64,000 nucleotides of DNA, taken from positions 18,724,001 to 18,788,000 of the forward strand of contig OZ024741.1 of the NCBI GenBank assembly GCA_964016885.1, written 5' to 3'. Numbering within the stretch: the stretch's first letter is position 1; each line of letters begins with the position of its first letter. The stretch comes from Eledone cirrhosa. Lineage: Eukaryota. Made by a program: the position numbers and the translations under genes. Shown piece after piece: positions 1-11,329 of this stretch. The notes under the pieces are model-generated. The model was not told the origin of the DNA. It saw only the letters and a program-made list of their open reading frames with translations, and searched no databases.

Positions 1-1370
1 TGCTGTAGTATCGGTGATAGTAGCAACGGTGTCTGCTGTAGTATCGGTGATAGTAGCAACGGTGTCTGCTGTAGTATCGGTGATAGTAGCAACAGTGTCT
101 GCTGTAGTATCGGTGATAGTAGCAACGGTGTCTGCTGTAGTATCGGTGATAGTAGCAACGGTGTCTGCTGTAGTATCGGTGATAGTAGCAACGGTGTCTG
201 CTGTAGTATCGGTGATAGTAGCAACGGTGTCTGCTGTAGTATCGGTGATAGTAGCAACGGTGTCTGCTGTAGTATCGGTGATAGTAGCAACAGTGTCTGC
301 TGTAGTATCGGTGATAGTAGCAACAGTGTCTGCTGTAGTATCGGTGATAGTAGCAACAGTGTCTGCTGTAGTATCGGTGATAGTAGCAACAGTGTCTGCT
401 GTAGTATCGGTGATAGTAGCAACAGTGTCTGCTGTAGTATCGGTGATAGTAGCAACAGTGTCTGCTGTAGTATCGGTGATAGTAGCAACAGTGTCTGCTG
501 TAGTATCGGTGATAGTAGCAACAGTGTCTGCTGTAGTATCGGTAGTAGTAGCAACAGTGACTGCTGTAGTATCGGTAGTAGTAGCAACAGTGTCTGCTGT
601 AGTATCGGTAGTAGTAGCAACAGTGTCTGCTGTAGTATCGGTAGTAGTAGCAACAGTGTCTGCTGTAGTATCGGTAGTAGTAGCAACAGTGTCTGCTGTA
701 GTATCGGTAGTAGTAGCAACAGTGTCTGCTGTAGTATCGGTAGTAGTAGCAACAGTGTCTGCTGTAGTATCGGTAGTAGTAGCAACAGTGTCTGCTGTAG
801 TATCGGTAGTAGTAGCAACAGTGTCTGCTGTAGTATCGGTAGTAGTAGCAACAGTGTCTGCTGTAGTATCGGTAGTAGTAGCAACAGTGTCTGCTGTAGT
901 ATCGGTAGTAGTAGCAACAGTGTCTGCTGTAGTATCGGTGGTAGTAGCAACAGTGTCTGCTGTAGTATCGGTGGTAGTAGCAACAGTGTCTGCTGTAGTA
1001 TCGGTAGTAGTAGCAACAGTGTCTGCTGTAGTATCGGTGGTAGTAGCAACAGTGTCTGCTGTAGTATCGGTGGTAGCAGCAACGGTGTCTGCTGTAGTAT
1101 CGGTGGTAATAGCAACAGTGTCTGCTGTAGTATCGGTGGTAGTAGTAACAGTGTCTGCTGTAGTATCGGTGGTAGTAGCAACAGTGTCTGCTGTAGTGGC
1201 GGTGGTAATACTGACAACAGTGTCTGCTGTAGTGGCGGTGGTAGTAGCAACAGTGTCTGCTGTAGTGGCGGTGGTAGTAGCAACAGTGTCTGCTGTAGTG
1301 GCGGTGGTAGTAGCAACAGTGTCTGCTGTAGTGGCGGTGGTAGTAGCAGCAGTGTCTGCTGTAGTGGCGG
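1..1370. repeat. 33-bp coding minisatellite (DTTADTVAT[I/T]T on minus strand)
   Basis: Unit tgctgtagtatcggt(g/a)(a/g)tagtagcaac(a/g)gtgtc repeated about 40 times, degenerating rightwards. Confidence 0.95.
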
Positions 1371-3828
1371 TGGTAGTACTGACAATAGTGTCCGCTTCAG
1401 TGGCGGTGGTAGTACTGACAATAGTGTCCGTTGTAGTAGCAGTTATAGTACTGACAGCAGTATCTGTTGTAGTATCAGTGGTAGTAGTGGTAGCAATGTC
1501 TGCTGTAGTAGTGATATCAGCAAGGTCTGCTGTAGTATCAGTGGTAGTAGCAGGGTCTTCTGTAGTGGTGGTAGTGACAGCTGGGTCTGCTGCAGTAGTG
1601 GTAGTTTGGGCTGATGTAGTGGTAGTACTCACAGCAAGGTCTTCTGTAGTGATTGTAGTTTGGGGTGATGTAGTTGTGGTAGAACTCAGAGCAGCGTCTG
1701 CTGTAGTGGTGCTAGTAGTTTGGGCTGATGTAGTAGTGGTAGTACTTACAGCAGGCTCTGCTGTAGTGGTGGTAGTAGTTTGGGCTGATGTAGTAGTGGT
1801 AGTACTCACAGCAGGGCCTGCTGTAGTGGTGGTGGTAGTAGTTTGGGCTGATGTAGTAGTGGTAGTACTCACAGAAGGCTCAACTGCAGTGGTGGTGGTC
1901 GTAGTTTGGGATGGTGTAATAGTGGTAGTACTCACAGCAGGGTCTGCAGTAGTGGTGGTTGTAGCGAGTCCAGCAACAGAAATATTGGACTGTTCAGCTA
2001 GAAAGATAGCTGCCGTGTCACTATTGAGGCGGACTGGTGAAGCTGGTGATGTCTCTTCTGTGGGAATTGAGAAGACATTATGGCCAGAACCTTCTTGGGC
2101 CTCAGTAGAATCGTTATATTCACAAGACGAAACGCAGTCACTTTTCTGTAGTTGGAAGCTGGCATTGTCACTAATTGTGGAATTAGCGGGGTGGTGATTG
2201 TCACTACTATCTTCCTCTTCAGAACTAGAGCTAAACTCACTAGAGAAGTCTATAGGACGACTGTCATATTTCTGCTCGGATTGATTATCACTTCTAGAAG
2301 TTATTTCACTGGTGACACGAGAGCCGCTAGTAGAGCTAGCATCCTCCTCCTGCTCCTCTTCACTTGAACCCCTACTGACCGATGCACAACCGTTTGAACC
2401 GGAACTATTTATCAAATAAATAACCTTGGTAATTAAACAACCGTCGTTCTCGACCAAACCCTTCTCGGGGCTGCTTGTGCAAACCATTTTCTCATTATTG
2501 CTAGCTTGACTTACTGCATTACAAACGCCCTCAAGTTCTCTCGGTTTACTGCTTGCCTTAATATCACTCGAGTTGCTTGCAACTTTCGTCAATTCTGACG
2601 GCTCGCCTTTACTGACAGCAACGTTAGTTGCCTTGAAATGCGCTACATTCTGTCCCTCTATATTACCATCACATTCAGTATCAGATACTCCGACCATGGG
2701 AGTCACTTCACCGAGTTCATGTTCAGTTTCCACTAGTACTTTCGACATATTCCCAGTGCAAGACGTTATTTCGTCCTCATCTTCAGAACTTCTTTCCACT
2801 CTATAAATAATGTCTGATCCACTCATACTATCATCGGTCGTTGAACTTTCATATCTAGCCAAAGAGAAAATCATCTCATAAGTACTCGAGTTACTGGTCG
2901 ATTCGCTGTCTTCTAGATGTGTCTCAGTGTCACCAAAAGCATTAGAACTTTCGGTCTCCAGGTTATTTCTATCAACTGGAACTTTGGTAGTAATTGTGGT
3001 ATTATCGGTAGTGGTGGAACTAGGTGTGGCGCTCAAAGTGTTGTTGGCGACGTCATCAGAAACAGCGGTAGTGGTGCCGTTAACAGAGGCTGTGTCATTA
3101 GATGTGGTGTCAATAGTGCCGATAGAGGTAGCGGGTTCAATGGTAGCGATAGCGTTGATAGAGCTGTCAGTGGAGTTATTGATAATGTTAGTTGATGTAG
3201 TGGCGTTCATGACGGAAGTAGTGGTAGAGTCATTTTTAGATGCTGGGCACGGTTTTGAAATTGGTAATTTCTGTTCTGTCAAATTTTCATCAACTGGCTT
3301 AATACTACCGTTATTATCATTAGTGTTGCTCCTGATAGGAAGATTTTGTGGTTCGGGGCAGTGTCGGGCCACGTGTCCAGCTTCACCACACTGGTAACAC
3401 ATGCGGCTTTTGAAGAGGCAATTACGCTGAACATGTCCCGGCTGACCACAGTTATAACAACTAACCGATATTTGGTATTGGTTACATTGTCGAGCAATAT
3501 GTCCAAACTGGTTACACAAATAACACCGACTGACGAACGTAAAGCAGTGTTTGGCAACGTGTCCACCCTTGCGACAGCGGGAACAGGATTGTGAATAACA
3601 GTCACGTGCATAATGTCCAACTTTATGGCATTTGAAGCATCTCTCGTGTGGTTTCTTCTTTCTATCGGAGTAACCCGTGTTCGATTCGGGCGGCGACAAC
3701 GAAGATGAAGTAGATGAGGGAGAAGATGATTGTGGCCCGTCAGACGTAGCGCCTTGTGGTTGTTGTGCAGTTCCTTTGTGACAATCTTCCACAAGATGGC
3801 TAGGTTGAGGAAAAGCAGACTTTTCCAT
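1..3828 (-). CDS. Protein with five CCHC zinc knuckles (CNBP-like N-terminus), Ser/Glu-rich linker and long Thr-rich 11-aa repeat; 3' end lies outside the window
   Basis: Manual translation from ATG at 3828: MEKSAFPQ...RCFKCHKVGHYARDC..CSRCRKGGHVAKHC..CYLCNQFGHIARQC..CYNCGQPGHVQRNC..CYQCGEAGHVARHC. The same frame continues into (DTTADTVATIT)n at position 1. Preceded by a polypyrimidine/CAG acceptor at 3851-3852. Absent from the ORF track because no stop lies in the window. Confidence 0.85.
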   Translation of the reverse strand, partial: MEKSAFPQPSHLVEDCHKGTAQQPQGATSDGPQSSSPSSTSSSLSPPESNTGYSDRKKKPHERCFKCHKVGHYARDCYSQSCSRCRKGGHVAKHCFTFVSRCYLCNQFGHIARQCNQYQISVSCYNCGQPGHVQRNCLFKSRMCYQCGEAGHVARHCPEPQNLPIRSNTNDNNGSIKPVDENLTEQKLPISKPCPASKNDSTTTSVMNATTSTNIINNSTDSSINAIATIEPATSIGTIDTTSNDTASVNGTTTAVSDDVANNTLSATPSSTTTDNTTITTKVPVDRNNLETESSNAFGDTETHLEDSESTSNSSTYEMIFSLARYESSTTDDSMSGSDIIYRVERSSEDEDEITSCTGNMSKVLVETEHELGEVTPMVGVSDTECDGNIEGQNVAHFKATNVAVSKGEPSELTKVASNSSDIKASSKPRELEGVCNAVSQASNNEKMVCTSSPEKGLVENDGCLITKVIYLINSSGSNGCASVSRGSSEEEQEEDASSTSGSRVTSEITSRSDNQSEQKYDSRPIDFSSEFSSSSEEEDSSDNHHPANSTISDNASFQLQKSDCVSSCEYNDSTEAQEGSGHNVFSIPTEETSPASPVRLNSDTAAIFLAEQSNISVAGLATTTTTADPAVSTTTITPSQTTTTTTAVEPSVSTTTTTSAQTTTTTTTAGPAVSTTTTTSAQTTTTTTAEPAVSTTTTTSAQTTSTTTADAALSSTTTTSPQTTITTEDLAVSTTTTSAQTTTTAADPAVTTTTTEDPATTTDTTADLADITTTADIATTTTTDTTTDTAVSTITATTTDTIVSTTTATEADTIVSTTTATTADTAATTTATTADTVATTTATTADTVATTTATTADTVATTTATTADTVVSITTATTADTVATTTDTTADTVTTTTDTTADTVAITTDTTADTVAATTDTTADTVATTTDTTADTVATTTDTTADTVATTTDTTADTVATTTDTTADTVATTTDTTADTVATTTDTTADTVATTTDTTADTVATTTDTTADTVATTTDTTADTVATTTDTTADTVATTTDTTADTVATTTDTTADTVATTTDTTADTVATTTDTTADTVATTTDTTAVTVATTTDTTADTVATITDTTADTVATITDTTADTVATITDTTADTVATITDTTADTVATITDTTADTVATITDTTADTVATITDTTADTVATITDTTADTVATITDTTADTVATITDTTADTVATITDTTADTVATITDTTADTVATITDTTADTVATITDTTADTVATITDTTADTVATITDTTA

Positions 3829-3850
3829 GACCAATATTTCAAAATTAATT

Positions 3851-4008
3851 CTGAGAGAGCTAAAAAAATAAATAAATAAATGTTAGACAATTTAGTAAAA
3901 AGAAAAAAAAACGAAAACTAACCCAACAAAAAATACAAATTATCGTAAAACAATGAAACACCACGAGAATTTAAAAAGAAAAATATATATAAATATATAT
4001 GTACGTAC
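3851..4008 (-). other. Putative 5'-UTR intron of the zinc-knuckle gene
   Basis: Minus-strand donor AAG|GTACGT at 4009/4008; T-rich tract and ctctctcAG acceptor at 3851, 22 nt upstream of the ATG. Confidence 0.55.
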
Positions 4009-4279
4009 CTTCAGACAAGTGTGTCTATAAGCTATACATACAGTCACGCAAATGTATATAAGAGTTATTTCTCTGCCTCCTCAAAATATAAGCTTAATAT
4101 AATCTCTACGTGCAGAAGAGCTTTAGTTTCGTCTCGTGGAATATTTGCATATGAATGGATTATAAATGGATTAGACCGAAAAAAGGACTCGTCCATTAAT
4201 AGACGTACCGAGGTTGATATTGCAGTTTGGAGAGCAACTTATTTCCCACCCGTAAGTTTCTGTGTCAGATTTCACACCG

Positions 4280-4287
4280 TGACGTCA
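4280..4287. promoter_or_regulatory. Perfect CRE/ATF palindrome TGACGTCA upstream of the zinc-knuckle gene
   Basis: Exact motif about 270 bp upstream of the putative exon-1 donor; function is not demonstrable from sequence. Confidence 0.3.
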
Positions 4288-4489
4288 TAGTCAAGTATTT
4301 TGACAACTTTGGGGAATGAAATTTAATTAGATCGAAACTATATTGGATCCCGACTGATGGATTATACTTATAATTGTCCAAAGAACTAATTTCGTCAAAG
4401 TTTCGTTGAATTTCCCTGAAAATTACGCTAGGGTACGCATGCCAACCACTTAAAACTTCAGTACAGGATGAACTACACATGTAATTTAA

Positions 4490-5525
4490 ATTTAATAGTT
4501 AGGCTATTCGTCTCATGATCGTAACTTTGAGAGTTCAATTCTCAAAAAGACACTTTATTTCACATCGTTCCAGTCCACTTAACTGGCAAAAATTGAGTTA
4601 TATCTGTAATTCAAAGCAACAGCGTTATCACATACTGCAATTTTATGCTGACTCTCCTTGAGAATTTCACAAAGGGTTTTTGTTTATGGAATGATCAGGC
4701 ACTTATCTATTAATCTCAAGTGTAGCCTGTTCTCATATCTACGTATATATTTATATATGAATAGCTTTCCGAAGAGGAGCGAGAGGAATCTAAATCTAAG
4801 ATGTAAAGTCTGTCTTAGGCCAGAAGACTCGTTACACCGGTTTCGTGACGCGAAGCGACTGAGAGTACAAGACTCTCCACGCCACTGGACAGGACGTCAG
4901 TCCATCACAGAGTTAAACCTTCAGTTATTGGTGGTATTCATTTACAGCTGAGTATACTGACGCAACATGAAATAAAGTGTTTTGCTCAAGAACACAACAC
5001 GCAACCTAGCCCAGGATTCGATCCCACGACATTGATTGTAAGTCCAACACTAGGCCACGTGCCTCCAGTAACAGGAGGCAACCTCGGTTAAATAAGGTAC
5101 TCAATACATTAGTAGAGAATGAACATATTTATTTCATATAGAAATTACTTCCACATTTCTAGAAATGTTTCATTCGTTTGAAATCAGCATTTTAAACAAA
5201 CGAAACTTCCTGTAGAAGTTATATATGAAGGCGCATGGCTTAACGGTTAGTTCGATTCCCGGGCCGAGTGATGCGTTGTGTTCTTTAGACACTTTATTTC
5301 ATGTTGCTCCAGGTTATTCAGCTATAGAAATGAATTACATCACTGATGCCAAGCTGTATCAGTCTTTGCCTTGAACAGCATTCATGGTGTGGAGAGGAGA
5401 GACTGGTATGTATGGGCGACTGATAGTCATTCACAAACAACCTTACCCGGACTTGTACCTCGGAGGGGAACTTTCTAGGTGCAAATCCCATGGTCGTTTG
5501 TAACCGAAGAGGAGGTTCTTTAACC
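4490..5525. mobile_element. Cluster of tRNA-derived SINE copies, family B (4490-4730 +, 4835-5066 -, 5228-5525 +)
   Basis: Shared core aagacactttatttcac..tgctccag...actcagct and B-box-like gttcgattccc; recurs at 6590-6760, 18105-18440, 19260-19310 and 25040-25200. Confidence 0.75.
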
Positions 5526-5559
5526 TATAATAATAAATGTTGGCTCTACGAGTTTATAT

Positions 5560-5623
<64 letters not shown>

Positions 5624-5675
5624 TGTCGAGCCCTCTTCGGATTTTGGTCATTGTTTTTATTGGATTGGCAGTAAG

Positions 5676-5868
5676 GGCGGTGGATTGGCAGTATCGGTAG
5701 AGGGTCGGACGCCATGCTTTGCAGCAAAGAGTTACGGCCCTTTATGGTCTGAGTTCAAATCCCGCAGCGGTTAACTTTGCTTTCATCCTTCCGGGGTCGA
5801 TAAAATAAAGTACCAGTAATGTACTTGGTAATTGCTGGCCTTGTGCCAAAAGTAGAAACAATTATTAC
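5676..5868 (+). mobile_element. tRNA-derived SINE, family A (Meta/MESC-like central domain)
   Basis: A box tggcagtatcggtagag, B box gagttcaaatccc, core tttcatccttccggggtcgataaaataaagtaccagt, tail gccttgtgccaaaagtagaaacaattatt; about 10 copies in the window. Confidence 0.85.
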
Positions 5869-6777
5869 TATATATATATATATAATCTGTGCACGCGTGT
5901 ATTTATGGCTTCCCGTATACAGATTAAACCAATAAAAAAAAAGTGCTATTAGGCGGCAGGAACTTGACGCAAGATCAAATCTGAACCTATTCATGATAAA
6001 TATTTAGAATTCAGCATATATTCTAAAGAAACACATTTGTAAATACTTCACTATTCACCATTCCTTACATATTTTTCTGTCTGATATTAATGGCTGACGG
6101 CAGAATATCGATGGTAAATCTTTTGATAAAGTTTTCTCTATTCAAAGATATTAGTATTCTTATTGATGTTGTCCATATTTCGGAAATTAAAGAATTTCTT
6201 CCAACAAATGTTGCTTTTTTTTAAGTGTAGCAGTTGCATAAGTGGAGGTTTTATATCTTATATATACGAAATTAGTATGTGTAAGCCGGCGGGTGATGTG
6301 GCGCCCTATGTTCAAATCTCACCGAGATCCTTCTATGCCTTTTATCCTTTCAGGGTCAATAAAGAAAGTGGGGTTCGTGTGGGTGTCTGCTCACGACTGC
6401 ATGAACACTTAAAAACCTCAGCGAATGCATGGTACGTACAATTAAATCATACACGATTGGGTGGAATAGCTGTAGGGGTTAGTGTGTGCATGTATGTGGT
6501 TTTTATACATAAACTGTATGTACTGATGAGAGGCCAAAATCATATATATATATCGACAGTCGATTGACTATCGTCAAATCGGACCGAGGAAACAATGTTT
6601 CCATTGGTCTTTCCAATTGCTAATACTATCTATCGGTCGCAACTCCAGGCAGAAGAGGCAAGGTGAAATAAAGTGTCTTGCTCAAGGATATACCGCATCG
6701 ACCTATCCGGGAATTGAATCCACAACCTCACCACTGTCATTCCAATTCTCTAACCAATCAGTTATATAAAAAAAAAG

Positions 6778-6865
6778 TGTGTGTGTATATATATATATAT
6801 ATGTATGTATGTATATATATATGTATGTATGTATATATATATATATATGTATATATATATGTATG

Positions 6866-6896
<31 letters not shown>

Positions 6897-7002
6897 ATGT
6901 ATGTATATATATATATATATATGTATATGTATGTATATGTATATATATATATATATATATGTTTGTATATGTATATATATATACATATATATACATACAC
7001 AC
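6778..7002. repeat. (TA)n/(TATG)n microsatellite
   Basis: Directly visible. Confidence 0.95.
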
Positions 7003-7421
7003 GTATGTGGTTGATGGCTGAGAGAAAAGAGTACTCGATATCGAAGTAGAGTTTTAATATTTATTTTAAGGTAAAATAGTGAGTCTTGTTACTCTGGAGT
7101 TTCAGAGGTCATGATTGTACAAAAATAAAAAATTTCCGAATATATATCTTGGTCTTGTCCTTTACACTGACAACATGCCCAATGATTCATCTGTGGGTGA
7201 AGCATTATATATGCTGACTGTAAAAGGGTGTGTTCAAAACTATACCACTGGACAAAACTAATATTTTTATTTAAATGATTTGCATTGAACAAATGACAGT
7301 GAAATTTCTGCTATAATTCATACTTAAGTGAAAATATATTAATCCTATTTTATTGGTCAAATATTTTATATGTGCCAAAATATATTGTTCCTTTCATAAA
7401 ATACCCGAGCATAGCCGGGTA

Positions 7422-7738
7422 CTCAGACTCAAACTCAGAAGCTCCCGCGTCTTGCGACGCATGAGGCAATCATAGTGTTCCACCGCGTTCGGTCAGCAGC
7501 CAGTTTCACAGCGTCCCGCCATTGTCTGTTTGTCGCTCACAGGTCCCTCTCAACTGTCTGGCGCCAGTTCATTTTGGGTCGCCCTCTCCGTCTGCTTCCC
7601 TGTGGGTTCCATTTAAGTACTTGGTTCGCCAGTCTCTCCGAGGGAAGTCTCAAAGCCTGCCCAAACCAGCCCAGGCGTCGCTTGCAGATGGCAGAAGAGA
7701 CTAGCTGCTGGTTGGTGCGGTTCCTGACTTCCTGACTT
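7422..7738 (-). mobile_element. 5'-truncated RTE-clade LINE 3' end with 7-bp TSD, inserted in a Helentron-type terminal hairpin
   Basis: Minus translation ...KRRLGWFGQALRLPSERLANQVLKWNPQGSRRRGRPKMNWRQTVERDL; short tgagt(t/c) tail; ccgggta duplicated at 7415-7421 and 7739-7745. Confidence 0.8.
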
Positions 7739-7829
7739 CCGGGTAGCTCTGCTAATATCTGTATAAATTGTATTTACACTACACCGTTTTTATTTAATTT
7801 TCTTATTCAAATTTGTTTTAATTCTATAA

Positions 7830-8195
7830 CATTACATATGGTCATGAATGTTGGGTAATGACCGAAAGAATATGATCACGAATTCAAGCAGCCGAAATGC
7901 GGTTCCTCCGAATGGTCTTTGGAGTAACGTTATTCGATAGAATGTGTAGCTCAGAGATTAGGCATGTGGTTAGAATGTCTCAAGAAAGAATCGCTGGACA
8001 GATTTTACGAGCAAAACCAAACGGCAGGAGACCCAGGGTAGACCTCGAGCAAGATGGTTGTATAACATCCATGAGCTTGGCTGGTCTCGCTTGGGGATCC
8101 AACCAAATCAATTGGAGACGGTTACTTATAACAGGACCCACTGGAAGGAATGTTTAGGACTTTGCCCTCATGGCACTCTCAGGAATAAGTGGGCA
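7830..8195 (+). mobile_element. Rex3/Expander-like RTE LINE 3' fragment
   Basis: TYGHECWVMTERI.SRIQAAEMRFLRMVFGVTLFDR...GRRPR; same family as 12150-15030. Confidence 0.8.
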
Positions 8196-8481
8196 AAGAT
8201 AAAGAAGTGCTTAGTCCTATATATTTCTAGTATAATACTTCTCATATAAAAGGCAACCAATTTAAGTAGGCCTTTTACAACAGAAATGTTATGTTCATGT
8301 CAGTATTTGTTATCGCCATTCATATACAGACATGTTGGATCATAAGTAACAGAAACTTTTTTCTAAATAATTTTTTTTCAAATTGTGTTTATTTAAGAAA
8401 CAAATCGTTTCTTTGACGATGAAACATTCTTTGTTTGGCATGAAGCCGGAGTCACGTTGTGGCATTATTTTAATTTTGTAA

Positions 8482-8866
8482 GGACGGTGAATTGGCAGTA
8501 TCTGTAGAGGGTTGGGCGCCATGCGTTCTAGCATAGTTACGTCCCTTTACGATCTGAGTTCAAATCTTGTCGAGGTTAACTTTGCCTTTCATCCTTACGG
8601 GGTCGATAAAATAAAGTACCAGTAATGTTGGTGATCGAAAGGTATTATATATACCTCGAAGGAAGGTTGGCTGGTAAGAGAAGCAAAGGCCGGCAGCCAA
8701 AACGATGGCTTGATAATGTCAACTTATGGACTGGACTTGATCTTTGCTCTTTAAACTCTGCTGTTGGTGATCGAAAGGTATTATATATACCTGGAAAGAA
8801 GGGTGGCTGGTAAGAGAAGCAAAGGCCGGCAGTAAAAGGCATTGTGCCAAAAGTAGAAAGAATTAT
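8482..8866 (+). mobile_element. Family A SINE interrupted by a short RTE 3' fragment with local duplication
   Basis: SINE head/core 8482-8627, LEGRLAGKRSKGRQPKRWLD at 8655-8770, SINE tail 8838-8866. Confidence 0.65.
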
Positions 8867-9189
8867 TTTCATTTTGTAACAGCACTTCATCTTCACTCAA
8901 TTCCTTGATCTCCAAACGGGTTGCTATAGGAAACTGGAATAGACAATGCAATAATATTATAGAATCGTTGTACTATATTACCGTGTAATGATTGAAGATG
9001 GGTAGGTTCTTCTCCGACATAGCACCCCACCACTTACTCATGATAATGTAAAACAATAAATAATATAATCCCAACTAATTTATTCCAAAGTAAGGTTAGG
9101 CTGGATAATGTCTAATACATTTGATCTTTCTATAAGCATTACAGTTTATAGTAGTTTAGTACATAACCGATTTCTGATAGATACAAATA

Positions 9190-9510
9190 ACTATATAACT
9201 GTTGATGTTCTCTCTTTCACACACTCTACCCAGTTCTCACTATTATAAGCAAATGGGGGTCCACACACTGGCCGTGCCACGGCCCCGGACATGGTGAGGG
9301 AGATGCGTTGGAAGACCCATTCCAGCTCCCGAGGCTCACACCTGAGGGTAGCCAACTCCGTGCTGATGGTGGTGAGCAGGGAGGTGCTCCTAGGGCCAAG
9401 GACACCAGAGGTCACCACTGCTATGGGATGCCGATGGTGGTGAGTAGGGAGGTGATCTTAGGGCCAAGGACACCGGAAGTCTCCACTGCTACGGGCTCGA
9501 CCACAAACCT
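9190..9510 (-). mobile_element. CRE-like (RLE) non-LTR element C-terminal relic
   Basis: ..VTSGVLGPRSTSLLTTISTELATLRCEPRELEWVFQRISL; resembles the ET.G..G...L.QR.S...RGNA end of CRE-clade ORFs. Confidence 0.6.
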
Positions 9511-9644
9511 GTCGGAGACAGATAAGGTTTAGAATTATGGTTAAATGTAATTCATATGTTCTATTTTCATGGCTGTCAATCTGAAATCAACTTATTAAAA
9601 GAATCTTATTAAGTCTAACCCTAATTTGGAATAAATTAGTTCGA

Positions 9645-10162
9645 CGCATAGAGTTACGGCCCCTGCTATTCTGAGTTCAAATCCCGCCGAGGTTAGCTTT
9701 GCCTGTCATCCTTACGGGGTCGATAAAATAAAGTACCAGTAATGCACTGGGTAATTGCTGGCCTTGTAACAAAAGTAGAAACAATTATATTATTGTCTTA
9801 GATTGGCTGTATCGGTAGAGCGTAAGGTTACGTGACATAGAGTTACGTCCCTTTACTTTCTGATTTCAAATCCCGCCGAGATTAATTTTGCCTTTCATCG
9901 TTACGGAGTCGCTACAATAAAGTACCAGTAGCACTGGAGTTGATTTAATCAGTTTTCTCTCCCCATAACTGTTGGCCTTTTGGCAGTATCGGTAGAGGGT
10001 CGAACGCCATGCTTTGCACAGAGTTACGGCCATTTACGGTCTGATTTCAAATCCCACCGAGGTTAACTTTGCTTTTCATCCTTACGGGGTCGATAAATAA
10101 AGTACCAGTAATACACTCGGATAATTGCTGGCCTTGTGCCAAAAGTAGAAACAATTATTATG
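9645..10162 (+). mobile_element. Three head-to-tail family A SINE copies
   Basis: B box and core motif repeated at ~9672, ~9861 and ~10042. Confidence 0.85.
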
Positions 10163-10254
10163 TTTGTCTTAAATTAAGAAACCCTTATATTATTATCTTA
10201 CTTATATTCATTTATTTTTCGCCAAAACAGAAAAGAGAGCAGAATTAGAAAGAA

Positions 10255-10570
10255 TTATAAACGCCAAGGAAGGGGGGAAGGAGAGAGGGTGACAGACTCT
10301 CCACCTAGAGCAGTGTTTCGGCTGCGTCCCGCAGACAAAATGTCAAAAGCATTTCCACAGACAATGACCAGCGACACCCGCTGCAACAGCCATCCCACCT
10401 CTCGGGGTTCCTTCTTCAGACGGGCAGCTATCAATCCGATTTTACGGAGGAGGTCAGAAGTCCGGAGTCCAAGGACACATGAGGTCTCAACGGTGACCGG
10501 TGCGAAGAGGAGGCGACCGGACGAGCTCCGGTGTTTGTCATCATTTATCATAGAAGAGGGTGCTACTCAA
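10255..10570 (-). mobile_element. CRE-like non-LTR element 3' fragment
   Basis: LFAPVTVETSCVLGLRTSDLLRKIG...EPREVGWLLQRVSLVIVCGNAFDIL. Confidence 0.7.
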
Positions 10571-10639
10571 GAGGAACACTCAATAAGTAATTATACCTTT
10601 AACAAATGTATCTTTCAAACTATCCAATCTTTGAAATTG

Positions 10640-10910
10640 ATAGAATTGACATCTGGGAATGTTCATCTTAGATAACTGATCTCCTCTGAAAAAACGGGTC
10701 GATGGCAACCCGTTTGAGAAAGGAGCCCTGCGAGTTGGGGTGGCTGCTGCAGTGTCTGTCCATTGTCCGCGGAAATGCCTTTGCCATTTTGTTCGCGGAA
10801 TGCAGCCGAAACAAATCTGTGACGTAGGTGTAGAGTGTGTCATCCTCTCCCCCTTCCTCCTCTCTTTCTTCCTTTCTCTAGTAGTCCTTGCTCCCCCCCC
10901 CCCTTTCCTT
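10640..10910 (+). mobile_element. CRE-like 3' fragment in opposite orientation
   Basis: Plus frame MATRLRKEPCELGWLLQCLSIVRGNAFAILFAECSRN*, homologous to 10255-10570, with a similar pyrimidine-rich 3' UTR. Confidence 0.7.
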
Positions 10911-11100
10911 TCATTTATGGCATTTATAGTTCTTTCCAATACTGCTCTCTTTTTCTGTAAGTTTAACCAAATAAGAAATACATAAAAAACAAATAATTCC
11001 GAAGACAGTGATGAACGCTTTATATTCGACAATTCTGTTTTACATTCCTTGTGTAATGTTCCTCAGCTCGTGATAAACGTAGAAAAGAAAAATCTGTTTT

Positions 11101-11262
11101 ACTTACATTCGATGCAAAACACGGGACATACGAAGCTTGTTTATATTCTTTTTACTCGGCAGCCGTTACTAGCTTGCTTACAAATGCGCATGCGTTGTTT
11201 TTTTTTTTTTATTCTATGAAAATTACTTCCGGTATATTGTTTATAAAGCAGTGGTGGTGAGT
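11101..11262. promoter_or_regulatory. Candidate bidirectional promoter with two outward-facing first-exon donors
   Basis: NRF1-type TGCGCATGCG 11185-11194, ETS-type ACTTCCGGT 11225-11233, plus-strand donor G|GTGAGT at 11257, minus-strand donor |GTAAGT at 11106. Confidence 0.5.
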
Positions 11263-11329
11263 ACATATAGTAAGACTATACTGCACCTTTCTGTATAACG
11301 TATTAAGATCATTAGATTTAGTGGATATG

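Noticed and set aside
14-2197. 727-aa Val-rich plus-strand ORF
   Set aside because: Antisense shadow of the Thr-rich minus-strand gene.
3279-3890. 203-aa minus ORF in the track
   Set aside because: Wrong frame; the overlapping frame encodes the five CCHC knuckles.
5676-5770. tRNA genes at A/B-box motifs
   Set aside because: These are SINE heads followed by core and tail; no cloverleaf.
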